A stretch of 51,565 nt of DNA, taken from Thermodesulfobacteriota bacterium (GTDB lineage: Bacteria > Desulfobacterota > Desulfobacteria > Desulfobacterales > SURF-7). The position numbers and the translations under genes were made by a program. A model generated the notes under the pieces. It worked only from the letters and a program-made list of their open reading frames with translations. It searched no databases and was not told the DNA's origin. The stretch is taken from contig JBMORA010000059.1 in the NCBI GenBank assembly GCA_049320885.1, forward strand, positions 1 to 51,565, read 5' to 3'. How positions within the stretch are numbered: the stretch's first letter is position 1; each line of letters begins with the position of its first letter. Of this stretch, positions 9,433 to 18,580 are shown piece by piece.

Positions 9433-10671
9433 ATGAGAGTAAAAAGAGCCCTAAAAGGATTGTGTCTGATCTGCTGTTTGTGGATTTGGTTCATCGGGCA
9501 GGGCGTCGCCGCGGAAACCATCAAGATCGGAGCCCTGAACGACATGACCGGGGCGACTTCCGATGTGGGCAAGGATTACGCCATGGGAATCGCCGAGGCG
9601 ATTCATTACGTGAACGACAACGGCGGCGTGAACGGAAAGGAAATCAAACTGTATCAGTTTGATTACGGATATCGCGTTCCGGAAGCCCTGACCAAATACA
9701 AGCTCTTCAAGCGTATGGGGTGTCTGGCCATCCTTGGCTGGGGCACGGGCGATACCGAAGCCCTTTCCCCCACGGTGACCAAGGATAAGATTCCCTATGT
9801 CTCCGCTTCGTATTCCGGTCATCTCACCGATCCTGCCAAAACTCCCTACAACCTCTTCGCCGCCACGGATTATTCCAGCAATGCCCGGGCCACGCTGACG
9901 GCCTGGTTCGATCTGCGCTGGCCCAAGCATCCGGATTTCGGGAAGCGGAAGCCGCGTTTTGCCTGCGCCTATATGTTCGTGCATCCATATTGCAGCGCAC
10001 CCATCAAGGCCATCAAGGATCAGGCGGAAATTCTGGGCTTTGAAGTCGGACCGGATCAGGACGTGTCTCTGTTCGCCATCGACACCAAAAGCCAGAATCT
10101 GTCCCTGAAGAGTTTCAAACCGGATGTGGTGTGGCACGGCAACACCACCATGTCCGTTTCCGCCACCATTCGGGACGCCTATTCCCTGGATTTGGGCGCA
10201 GATCACATCGTCAATCTGTGGGGCTTTGACGAGAATCTCCCCCGTCTGGCCGACAAGGCCGCTGAAGGGGTCATGGGCGCCACGGTTTGCGCGTTTTATG
10301 GTGAAGATGTTCCCATGATGAAACATGTGCTCGCCTATGCCAAGAAAATCAATGCCGGCGTACCCCAGGAAAAAAGACTCATCCGGACCGTCCAGGCCTG
10401 GTCCAATGTGCTGGCCCTGTGGGAAGCCCTCAAACGGGCGGACAAGGCCGGCGATCTTACCGGCGAAGGGGTGCTGAAAAAGGGATTTGAGACCATGTCC
10501 GGCCTCGAGCTGGGTTTGGGCGGCGCTCCCCTGACATACCAGGCCACGGATCATCGCGTATCCGGCGAGGTTCCTGTATACGAAGTCAAGGACGGCAAAT
10601 TCCAGCTGGCCAAGCGGGTGAATCTCAAGGAACGCTGGCCGGATAAATGGGACGCCTGGAAGGGCTGGTAG
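9433..10671 (+). CDS. ABC transporter substrate-binding protein, Liv/HAAT (type I periplasmic binding) family
   Basis: Signal peptide MRVKRALKG...GVAA, IKIGALNDMTG and NDNGGVNGKEI; GAGGAG RBS upstream of ATG 9433. Confidence 0.9.
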   Translation: MRVKRALKGLCLICCLWIWFIGQGVAAETIKIGALNDMTGATSDVGKDYAMGIAEAIHYVNDNGGVNGKEIKLYQFDYGYRVPEALTKYKLFKRMGCLAILGWGTGDTEALSPTVTKDKIPYVSASYSGHLTDPAKTPYNLFAATDYSSNARATLTAWFDLRWPKHPDFGKRKPRFACAYMFVHPYCSAPIKAIKDQAEILGFEVGPDQDVSLFAIDTKSQNLSLKSFKPDVVWHGNTTMSVSATIRDAYSLDLGADHIVNLWGFDENLPRLADKAAEGVMGATVCAFYGEDVPMMKHVLAYAKKINAGVPQEKRLIRTVQAWSNVLALWEALKRADKAGDLTGEGVLKKGFETMSGLELGLGGAPLTYQATDHRVSGEVPVYEVKDGKFQLAKRVNLKERWPDKWDAWKGW

Positions 10672-10701
10672 AATCCGAAACGCTCAGGAGGTCGCCACGC
10701 T

Positions 10702-11514
10702 TTGAATGCTCAAAAGATCATACTGAAAATCAACAACATCGAAGTCAAATATCACGAAGTGATCCTGGTAATCAAAGGGGTCTCCATCGATGTGCCCGAG
10801 GGCGGGATTGTCGCCCTGCTGGGGGCCAATGGAGCCGGCAAAAGCACCACGCTGAAGGCCATATCCGGACTGCTGAATCATGAGAACGGGCAAGTCACGG
10901 ACGGCTCCATCGAATTCATGGATGAGCGCATCGACAAAATGGCCGCGGAAAAAATCGCCCGCATGGGCATCGTCCAGGTTATCGAAGGCCGGCGGGTGTT
11001 TGAGCATCTCACCGTGGAGCAGAATCTCCGGGTGGGCGCCCACATGCGCAAATTCGGCCGCAGCGTGAAGGAAGGCCTGGATATGGTCTACCACTATTTC
11101 CCGCGCTTGTGGGAAAAGCGCAATGAAACGGCCGGTTTCATCAGCGGCGGCGAGCAGCAGATGACCGTGGTGGGAAGGGCCCTGATGACCAGCCCGAAGT
11201 TGATCCTCCTGGACGAACCATCCATGGGCCTGGCGCCCCTGCTGATCCATGAGATTTTTAACATCATCACCAAGCTGAACCAGGAGGAAAAAATCTCCAT
11301 TCTGCTGGTGGAGCAGAACGCCAAGCTGGCCCTGAACGTGTCGCCCTATGCCTATGTGATGGAAAACGGCCGGATCGTGATGAACGACAGCTCGGAGAAA
11401 CTGCGGCAAAACCCGGATATCAAGGACTTCTATCTGGGAATCTCCGAACATGGAAAACGCAAGAACTTCCGCGATGTCAAGCATTACAAACGCCGCAAGC
11501 GTTGGTTGACCTGA
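10702..11514 (+). CDS. ABC transporter ATP-binding protein, LivF-like
   Basis: GANGAGKST, ISGGEQQM, LLDEPSMGLAP and LLVEQNA; TTG start with an AGGAGG RBS. Confidence 0.93.
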   Translation: MNAQKIILKINNIEVKYHEVILVIKGVSIDVPEGGIVALLGANGAGKSTTLKAISGLLNHENGQVTDGSIEFMDERIDKMAAEKIARMGIVQVIEGRRVFEHLTVEQNLRVGAHMRKFGRSVKEGLDMVYHYFPRLWEKRNETAGFISGGEQQMTVVGRALMTSPKLILLDEPSMGLAPLLIHEIFNIITKLNQEEKISILLVEQNAKLALNVSPYAYVMENGRIVMNDSSEKLRQNPDIKDFYLGISEHGKRKNFRDVKHYKRRKRWLT

Positions 11515-11624
11515 TGCCTATTTGATTGTGGCATGGGAGGAGGCCGGCGGTTTCCGGTATCCGGACGGCTTCGCCCTTGCCCGGAGAGTAACCGACTTTA
11601 TCTAAAATACGGGAGTGACGGAAA

Positions 11625-12236
11625 ATGAAAACAAAACCATTGATTGTTCATCTGACCCTGATCGTTGTCCTCTCCGTCTGTTTTGCCGCCTGCGCCGGTG
11701 TCCAACCCCGGCCGGACGAGCAGAATTTCAGAAATCCGGTGGTGACCCTGAGCCATGTGGAGGTCTCCCACTATTGGGGATGGTGGTATTTCAAGAAAAC
11801 CATCGCTCCGGCGGCGGGTGCTCCCGGCGACTATGGCGCGCCCCTGGATCTGGCTTTTGTCTTCGAGATCCAGAACCCCAATGACTATCCCGTTGAAATG
11901 AAAACCCTGAAATTCACGGTGGCCTTCGAGGAGTTCGATCTCAACACCGTCAGTTCCGAGGAAACCCAATGGATTCCGGCCGGAAAGACCAATCAGCTGC
12001 GGGTCCACGCCATGTTCGATGGGCAGCAGTCGATGCTGTCCCTGCTGGTCACGGGCGGGTTCAAGCTCAAGGAAAAAGGACTGGAGGCCGGTCCCGCCGG
12101 AGCCCTGCAACAGCTTGGAAAATGGTGGGAAGGCATACCGGAATTTTCCTTCCCGGTGCATGTCAAGGAAGGTACGGCGATCTTTGGCGCGGAGACTGTT
12201 TCCAAGTCCGTGACCTTCGGTTTTACATACCCATAA
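11625..12236 (+). CDS. Predicted lipoprotein with an LEA_2/WHy-like beta-sandwich
   Basis: Lipobox-like FAAC after a hydrophobic N-terminus; FEIQNPNDYPV (the NPN motif typical of LEA_2). Confidence 0.65.
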   Translation: MKTKPLIVHLTLIVVLSVCFAACAGVQPRPDEQNFRNPVVTLSHVEVSHYWGWWYFKKTIAPAAGAPGDYGAPLDLAFVFEIQNPNDYPVEMKTLKFTVAFEEFDLNTVSSEETQWIPAGKTNQLRVHAMFDGQQSMLSLLVTGGFKLKEKGLEAGPAGALQQLGKWWEGIPEFSFPVHVKEGTAIFGAETVSKSVTFGFTYP

Positions 12237-12366
12237 AACCAAATTTTGAATTAGGAATTACGAATTACGAATGGTGGATGTTTGATCAATTGATATCCAG
12301 GCCTGGTTTTTCGCTTATCGCTTTGAGTGTCATTGTTTCAGGCTGTCCCCCATCTAAGGAGATGAC

Positions 12367-13653
12367 ATGGCGGCAGATGCGGACCGCACCGTCGGATTTT
12401 TCAATCGTGATCTGGAAACCCTTGCTCCATCGGAGCGTGATACCCGGCTGAATCAGGAATTATCGGCCGTGATCCAGCATGCCTATGCCAATGCCCCCGC
12501 CATTCGGCGCAAATTCGATCAGGCCGGGATCAAACCGGCGGAAATCCGAAGCATGCGGGATTTGGAGCAGGTGCCCATCACACGCAAGAGCGAATTGGCG
12601 GCGCTCCAGCAGGCGGAGCCGCCCTTCGGCGGTTTTTTGGGAGTGCCCCTTGATCAGATCCGGCGGATCTACATGTCTCCCGGCCCCATATATGAACCGG
12701 AAGCGGTCCACAGCGCCAATGACCGCTGGAGCCAGGCCTTTTTCGCCGCCGGTATCCGCAAGGGGGATATCGGCCAGATCACCTTCAGTTATCATCTGGT
12801 GCCCGCCGCTTTCTGGTTCGAGGATGCCCTGCATCGTCTGGGATGCATAGCCGCGCCGGGCGGAGTCGGCAATACGGATCTTCAGGTGCGGATGATGCGG
12901 GACCTGAAGGTCCGTGCCTATATCGGAACGCCCAGCTTTTTGAATGTGGTGGCGGCCAAGGCCAGGGAACTGGGGTATGACCTGCGGCGGGACCTGCGGC
13001 TTGCGGTCGGCTTTGTGGCCGGTGAAATGCTCTCTGAATCCCTGCGGGCGGAACTGGAGCAGACCTTCGGTATGATCATCCGCCAGGGGTATGGAACGGC
13101 GGATGTGGGTTGCATGGGATATGAATGTTACCACAAGTCCGGAATGCACATTCCCTATAACTGCATTGTTGAAATTGTGGACCCGGACAGCGGCCGCAGG
13201 CTGGGCCCCGGCGAACCGGGCGAGATCGTGACGACGGTTTTCGACAGGGCCTATCCGCTGGTCCGCTTCGGCACCGGTGACCTGTCCTTCCTTACGGAGG
13301 AGCCCTGTCCCTGCGGCCGGACCACTTCCCGTCTGGTGAAAATCATGGGGCGGCTGGACCAGGTGACCAAGGTCAAGGGCATGTTCATTCATCCGTCGGG
13401 GGCGGCGGAAGTGGCGGCGAAATTCCCGGAGATCGCCGCTTATCAGGTGGTGGTGACCAGGGAAAACCACGTGGATCGGATGACGTTCCACATCGCGACA
13501 GTCGCGGATATCACGCCGGACAAGGCGCTGGCCGAGCGCATCGCGGCGGCCATTCCCCAGAGCATGCGGGTGCGGGGCGAGGTCTGCTTCGTGGAGCGCG
13601 AGGCCATTCCGGAAAACGAGCCCCGGATTGTCGACAAGCGTCAATGGGATTAG
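12367..13653 (+). CDS. Phenylacetate-CoA ligase-like (PaaK family) AMP-dependent ligase
   Basis: YIGTPSFL, GYGTADVG, YPLVRFGTGDLS, CPCGRT and GRLDQVTKVKGMFIHP. Confidence 0.88.
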   Translation: MAADADRTVGFFNRDLETLAPSERDTRLNQELSAVIQHAYANAPAIRRKFDQAGIKPAEIRSMRDLEQVPITRKSELAALQQAEPPFGGFLGVPLDQIRRIYMSPGPIYEPEAVHSANDRWSQAFFAAGIRKGDIGQITFSYHLVPAAFWFEDALHRLGCIAAPGGVGNTDLQVRMMRDLKVRAYIGTPSFLNVVAAKARELGYDLRRDLRLAVGFVAGEMLSESLRAELEQTFGMIIRQGYGTADVGCMGYECYHKSGMHIPYNCIVEIVDPDSGRRLGPGEPGEIVTTVFDRAYPLVRFGTGDLSFLTEEPCPCGRTTSRLVKIMGRLDQVTKVKGMFIHPSGAAEVAAKFPEIAAYQVVVTRENHVDRMTFHIATVADITPDKALAERIAAAIPQSMRVRGEVCFVEREAIPENEPRIVDKRQWD

Positions 13654-13662
13654 GTATATGGT

Positions 13663-14256
13663 TCAGGAGCTTCGCCGGTGATGGAACCCGGCTGTTGCGA
13701 GGGCGATCAAACCGGATCCGAGCATCCAGAAGGTCCCGGCTTCCGGCACCGGCTGGATTCTGGAAATAACCACCGTCTTGGCCTTGAAGGATGTGCCGGA
13801 TTTGGATTCCCAATAGATAAAATCGAGCCCGCTGTATTGATCCGTTCCGTAAACCTTCCCGAAGTCCATGAATTTCAGCCAGAAATCGTTTGTCCCGGCC
13901 GTCCCCATATCCACGCCGCCGGCTTTTCCGCCGATACAGAAATTTCCCTCGTAATCCCCATTGTACATCAGACGGCCGTTGCGCAGAAGGATGCCCGTGT
14001 TGTCGCAGTGATATTGCTGACCGAGAATTTCCAGCCGGACGTCGGCCAGGGAAGCGTCCGCGTTGGGTCCATTACCGGATATCGTTGAAAAGGTCGCGGT
14101 AAACGAACCGGAAACAACCGCCTGGGGGGCGGCGGCACCAAAATCCGTGGCCGTGAAAGAATAGGCCGCCGTAATGGCGGTGGCACGGGCGGTTGTCGAC
14201 AACGCAAGCAGCAGCAAGCACAGGACCAGTGACGACGGCGTGAGTCTCGGTTTCAT
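13663..14256 (-). CDS. PEP-CTERM (exosortase target) secreted protein
   Basis: Signal peptide MKPRLTPSSLVLCLLLLALSTTARA; C-terminal VPEAGT, a hydrophobic helix and basic HHRR; AGGAG RBS before ATG 14256. Confidence 0.8.
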   Translation of the reverse strand: MKPRLTPSSLVLCLLLLALSTTARATAITAAYSFTATDFGAAAPQAVVSGSFTATFSTISGNGPNADASLADVRLEILGQQYHCDNTGILLRNGRLMYNGDYEGNFCIGGKAGGVDMGTAGTNDFWLKFMDFGKVYGTDQYSGLDFIYWESKSGTSFKAKTVVISRIQPVPEAGTFWMLGSGLIALATAGFHHRRSS

Positions 14257-14567
14257 ATGAATCTCCTGGTGTCCATCCCTGCGCGTTTCACCACGGCGGC
14301 TCAGGGGTGGCGCATTCAATGTCATGAAATACGAAAGACAGACTTCAGGTTTGGGTGCGAAATAAGCGATAACGGACGAAAGCGCTTTCCAGGCGCGTCT
14401 GCGGTAGTCTCTATCGAACTATGGCTTGGTTGTCAAGCATTGAAAGCCTTTTTGTTGCGCCAGCGCTTGGTTTTTATTGACGAAATGAAGAGGACGGGAG
14501 ATGATGCACCGGCTATCGGGGAAGTGACACCAAAAATACAAGCCGGGAATGCGGGAAGCGTGCTTGA

Positions 14568-16133
14568 GTGAAATCGATCCTGTTGATTCATCCGCCAGTC
14601 GCCAAACCCTGCGAACCGCCGGCCGGGATCGCCAGGCTGGCCATGGCGCTCCGCTCTGCCGGGATCGACTGCCGCGTTTTCGACGCCTCGCTGGAGGGCC
14701 TCCTTTATCTGCTGGGCCTGCCGCCTGCGGCCGGGGATACCTGGACCCGCAGGGCCGCGGTGAAGATCGACGTCCATCTCCAGGCCCTGCGGTCCGGGGC
14801 GGTTTATACCCATGCCGACCGCTACAAGAAAGCGGTGCTGGATCTCAACCGGATCGTGTCCATGGCCGGACGGGCCAGCGGTGTGCGGATCTCCCTGGCC
14901 GATTACGCCGATCCCGGTTTGGCGCCGGTTCGGAGCGCGGATCTGATGGAATCCGCCCGGCGTTTCCGGCGGAATGTTTTTTTTCCGTTTTTTGCAAGCC
15001 GTCTTGCGGCCTTGTTGGCTGAACAAGAGCCGGAGATTGTCGGTTTCTCGGTCAATTTCATGAGCCAGGCCCTATGCGCCTTTGCCATGGCGGGTTTTAT
15101 ACGGCAGCGGTTTCCCGGCAGCCGGATCGTATTCGGCGGCGGATTGATCACTTCCTGGATGAGCCGCGCGGGTTTCCGGAACCCTTTCGGCGGCATTGCC
15201 GACGATCTGGTCGCGGGCCCCGGAGAGCGCCCATTGCTGGCCATGTGCGGCATCCATGGCCCGGAGTCCGGATCATGCGGCGGATTGGATTATGCGGGGT
15301 TCCCCATGGACCGGTATTTGTCCCCCGGCCCGGTGCTGCCCTACAGCGCCTCCTCCGGATGCTACTGGCGGCGCTGTCGTTTCTGCCCGGAGACGGCGGA
15401 AGGCGGCGGGTATCGTCCGGTTCCCGCGGAGGACGTCCTCGGCGACCTGCGGTGCCTGATCCGGCTGAACCGGCCGGTCCTGATCCATTTTCTGGACAAC
15501 GCCCTGTCCCCCCTGTTGATGAAACGGTTGATGGAAAATCCTCCCGGAGTCCCCTGGTACGGTTTTGCCCGGATTACCGGCCATCTGGCGGATCCGGATT
15601 TCACCGCCGGCCTGCGGAAATCCGGCTGCGTGATGCTGAAGCTGGGCATCGAGTCCGGCGACCAGGGGGTGCTGGATGCCTTGGAGAAGGGCATCGATCT
15701 GCGAACCGTATCGGCGGCGTTACGGACCCTGAAAGCCTCCGGTATCGCCACCTATGCGTACCTGCTGTTCGGAACACCGGCCGAGACCCCGCGGAGCGCG
15801 GAAAACACCCTGGCCTTCACGGTGGCCCACGCGGAGAGCATCGATTTTCTCAATCTGGCCATTTTCAATCTGCCGGCGGCCGCCGGGGAAGCCCGGGAAT
15901 TGAAAACCGCCGCATTTTATCCGGGGGATCTGTCGCTCTACCGGGAATTTGTCCACCCCCACGGCTGGCAGCGGGACCAGGTGCGGCGCTATATCGAGAA
16001 AACCGTCAAACCGCATCCGGCGGTCCGGCCGATCCTCCGCGCCAACCCGCCGCTTTTTACGTCCAATCATGCGCCTTTCATACGGAATCAGGACTTTTCC
16101 CGTTTTTTCAACGGCCGGGCAGTTTCGGGTTGA
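14568..16133 (+). CDS. B12-binding-domain radical SAM protein
   Basis: ILLIHPP N-terminus, PEIVGFSV...IVFGGG, CxxxCxxC motif (GCYWRRCRFC) and LGIESG. Confidence 0.85.
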   Translation: MKSILLIHPPVAKPCEPPAGIARLAMALRSAGIDCRVFDASLEGLLYLLGLPPAAGDTWTRRAAVKIDVHLQALRSGAVYTHADRYKKAVLDLNRIVSMAGRASGVRISLADYADPGLAPVRSADLMESARRFRRNVFFPFFASRLAALLAEQEPEIVGFSVNFMSQALCAFAMAGFIRQRFPGSRIVFGGGLITSWMSRAGFRNPFGGIADDLVAGPGERPLLAMCGIHGPESGSCGGLDYAGFPMDRYLSPGPVLPYSASSGCYWRRCRFCPETAEGGGYRPVPAEDVLGDLRCLIRLNRPVLIHFLDNALSPLLMKRLMENPPGVPWYGFARITGHLADPDFTAGLRKSGCVMLKLGIESGDQGVLDALEKGIDLRTVSAALRTLKASGIATYAYLLFGTPAETPRSAENTLAFTVAHAESIDFLNLAIFNLPAAAGEARELKTAAFYPGDLSLYREFVHPHGWQRDQVRRYIEKTVKPHPAVRPILRANPPLFTSNHAPFIRNQDFSRFFNGRAVSG

Positions 16134-16209
16134 AAGAATGGCCGGGATGAGGTAGAAGCGTGTTGCCGAATTTCGAAAACCCGAAACACTATAACGAATC
16201 GAGGCAGAC

Positions 16210-16836
16210 ATGTTACGGAAATTTTTACCGAAAGAGGATCGCTTCTTTGAATATTTCGAACAACAGACCCAGGTGATCGGCCGGGGTCTGGAGCTGTTCG
16301 CGGAGATGTTGCAGGATTATCCCAACCGGAAGGAATACTGCGCCAGGATCAAGGAGGTGGAGAATCAGGCGGATCAGATTGTCCACAACATTTTTCAGCT
16401 GCTCAACAATACCTTTGTGACGCCTTTCGACCGGGAGGACATCAAACGCCTGGTCCACCGTCTGGACGATGTGCTGGATTACGCCGAAGACGCCAGCGCC
16501 CGCATGGACATTTACGACATTCCGGATGTGCCGGAGCCGGTCCGGGCCCTGGTGGACATCCTGAGGGAGGCCTTTAAAAGTCTTTCCCAGGCCATGCTGA
16601 CGCTGAGGAACCTGAAACAGCGGCAGGAATGCGATCGTTTCTGCATCGAGGTCAACCGGCTGGAAAATACGGGCGACGGCGTGTTGCGGGAAGCCCTGCG
16701 GAAGCTTTTCAAGGAGGAGACCAACCCCATCATGATCATCAAGCTCCGGGAAATTTATGAAAGCCTCGAGGAGGCCATCGACCGTTGCGAGGACGTGGCC
16801 AACACCATTGAAACCATTCTCATCAAAAACGCCTGA
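16210..16836 (+). CDS. DUF47 / PhoU-like phosphate transport regulator
   Basis: ENQAD, TFVTPFDREDI, LDDVLD, LENTGD and LEEAIDRCEDVAN; lies directly upstream of a PiT gene. Confidence 0.9.
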   Translation: MLRKFLPKEDRFFEYFEQQTQVIGRGLELFAEMLQDYPNRKEYCARIKEVENQADQIVHNIFQLLNNTFVTPFDREDIKRLVHRLDDVLDYAEDASARMDIYDIPDVPEPVRALVDILREAFKSLSQAMLTLRNLKQRQECDRFCIEVNRLENTGDGVLREALRKLFKEETNPIMIIKLREIYESLEEAIDRCEDVANTIETILIKNA

Positions 16837-16845
16837 TAAAATCCT

Positions 16846-17853
16846 ATGTCCCCCATGTCCATGACCGCGCTGGCAATTTTCATCATTCTCCTGGCCCTGG
16901 TGTTTGATTTCCTGAACGGCATGAACGATGCCGCCAATTCCATCGCCACCATTGTTTCCACCCGGGTCCTGTCGCCCCGGATGGCGGTGGCCTGGGCCGC
17001 GTTTTTCAATTTTGTCGCCGCCTTCGGTTTCGGCGTCGGTGTGGCCAAAACCATCGGCAAGGGGGTGGTGGATCCGCAGGTGCTGACACTCTGGTTCATC
17101 CTGGCGGTGTTGGTGGGGGCCTCCGGTTGGACCCATGCCTGCACCGTATTGGGTTTTCCCATCAGCGTTTCCCACGCCCTGGTGGGCGGAATCATCGGCG
17201 CCGGACTGGTCCGGGGCGGTTTCCAGGTATTGATCCTGGGCGGGATCCTGAAAATCGGAATCTTTATCGTCCTGTCCCCGCTGATCGGCATGTTTTTGTC
17301 CATTGTCTTTTCCATCCTGATCGACTGGATTTTCCGCAAACAGTCGCCCTATCGCGTGGACCGCTGGTTCCGGATCGGCCAGTTGCTTTCCTCCGCCCTG
17401 TTCAGCCTGGGGCATGGGGCCAACGACGCCCAGAAAACCATGGGGATCATCGTGATGGTCCTGGTGGCGGCCGGATGGCAACAGGATTTCTCGGTCCCCG
17501 TCTGGGTCATTTTCTCCTGCTATTTCATGATCGCCCTGGGAACCATGCTGGGCGGGTGGAAGGTGGTCAAGACCATGGGCATGCGGATGACCAAATTGAC
17601 TCCGGTGGGCGGTTTTTGCGCGGAAATGGCCGCCGCGGCGTCCATCATCGGCAATTCCCTGGCCGGTATCCCGGTTTCCACGACCCATACCATCACCGGC
17701 GGGATCATCGGCGTGGGGGCTGTCCGCGGTCTGTCCTCCGTGCGCTGGGGGGTAGCCGGGAACATCGTCTTGGCCTGGGTGCTCACGTTGCCCGGGGCCG
17801 CCCTGATTTCGGCATTGGTCTATTTTTTCCTGTCCCTGGCCGGGCTGGAATAG
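16846..17853 (+). CDS. pit: Inorganic phosphate transporter, PiT family
   Basis: Both signature motifs are present (NGMNDAANSIAT and HGANDAQKTMG), plus PVSTTH. Confidence 0.93.
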   Translation: MSPMSMTALAIFIILLALVFDFLNGMNDAANSIATIVSTRVLSPRMAVAWAAFFNFVAAFGFGVGVAKTIGKGVVDPQVLTLWFILAVLVGASGWTHACTVLGFPISVSHALVGGIIGAGLVRGGFQVLILGGILKIGIFIVLSPLIGMFLSIVFSILIDWIFRKQSPYRVDRWFRIGQLLSSALFSLGHGANDAQKTMGIIVMVLVAAGWQQDFSVPVWVIFSCYFMIALGTMLGGWKVVKTMGMRMTKLTPVGGFCAEMAAAASIIGNSLAGIPVSTTHTITGGIIGVGAVRGLSSVRWGVAGNIVLAWVLTLPGAALISALVYFFLSLAGLE

Positions 17854-17884
17854 ACCCGCTGTCCGCAATCCGTTTTTCCTTGTC

Positions 17885-17913
17885 TTGCCATCCTGTTTAT
17901 AAAAATATATAAT
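17885..17913 (+). promoter_or_regulatory. Sigma70 promoter of the XRE regulator gene
   Basis: TTGCCA (17885-17890) - 17 nt - TATAAT (17908-17913). Confidence 0.7.
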
Positions 17914-18042
17914 TGGTTCCGCAATCCGACGGCCGAGGCATATCCGTATCGATCACGTTCAACCCACTGTTGTCAAATCGGTTTGCATGCAGACACGGCA
18001 GGAAGCATTTCCCGGATACGGGCATCGAAAGGGGGGACTGAA

Positions 18043-18510
18043 ATGGATAAAGGTGATATCGCCAAAAAAATGTTGGGTAAAGCCACTGAAATGGGCTACG
18101 ATGCCGTGACCATCGCCAACGCATTGAAAATCAAACCCCAGACCGTCGAGGAGTGGCTGAGCGGCAAACGGCTGCCCCGCCCCAGCAACCTCATCGCCCT
18201 GGCCTCATTGCTGAACATTCCGCTGTCCTTCCTGAAGAAAGGCATCAATGTGCTGACGGATATCCCCACCTATCCCTATCAGCTGATCAAGGAGATTTTC
18301 TCGGAAATATCCAAGGCCGAAGCCGAGGAACTGGAAGTCTTGATCCGCCTGTGGAAGGGGGAAAAGACGGTCCGGGAAATTCTGGCCATCTTGAAGCAGA
18401 TGAAAAAAAGCGAGCTGGAGGAGATCCGGCAGGAAGCCGGCCGGATCCTTCAGCTCCGGCAGCTGGTGGATGACGTGGCCATGCTGAAAAAGGTGGTTTC
18501 CCTGAAGTAG
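18043..18510 (+). CDS. XRE/Cro-C1 family HTH transcriptional regulator
   Basis: IANALKIKPQTVEEWLSGKRLPRPSNLIALASLLNI; G-rich RBS upstream of ATG 18043. Confidence 0.8.
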   Translation: MDKGDIAKKMLGKATEMGYDAVTIANALKIKPQTVEEWLSGKRLPRPSNLIALASLLNIPLSFLKKGINVLTDIPTYPYQLIKEIFSEISKAEAEELEVLIRLWKGEKTVREILAILKQMKKSELEEIRQEAGRILQLRQLVDDVAMLKKVVSLK

Positions 18511-18580
18511 CCCCCCCACCCGGACGACAACCGCCGAATTCCGGATTGCGGGTCGGGGACCAGCCACGGGTGTCGTTCCG

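Noticed and set aside
14257..14567. Sigma54 promoter upstream of the PEP-CTERM gene
   Set aside because: No convincing TGGCAC-N5-TTGC match was found on the minus strand.
16225..17868. 547-aa antisense ORF, and similar long shadow ORFs such as 39601-41529, 19728-21035, 12460-13644 and 30554-31741
   Set aside because: They lie opposite well-supported genes, show no recognisable motifs, and are expected from GC-rich codon bias.
18043..18510. Prophage or toxin-antitoxin locus around the XRE gene
   Set aside because: There is no integrase, phage gene or adjacent toxin-like ORF; the neighbours are housekeeping-type genes.
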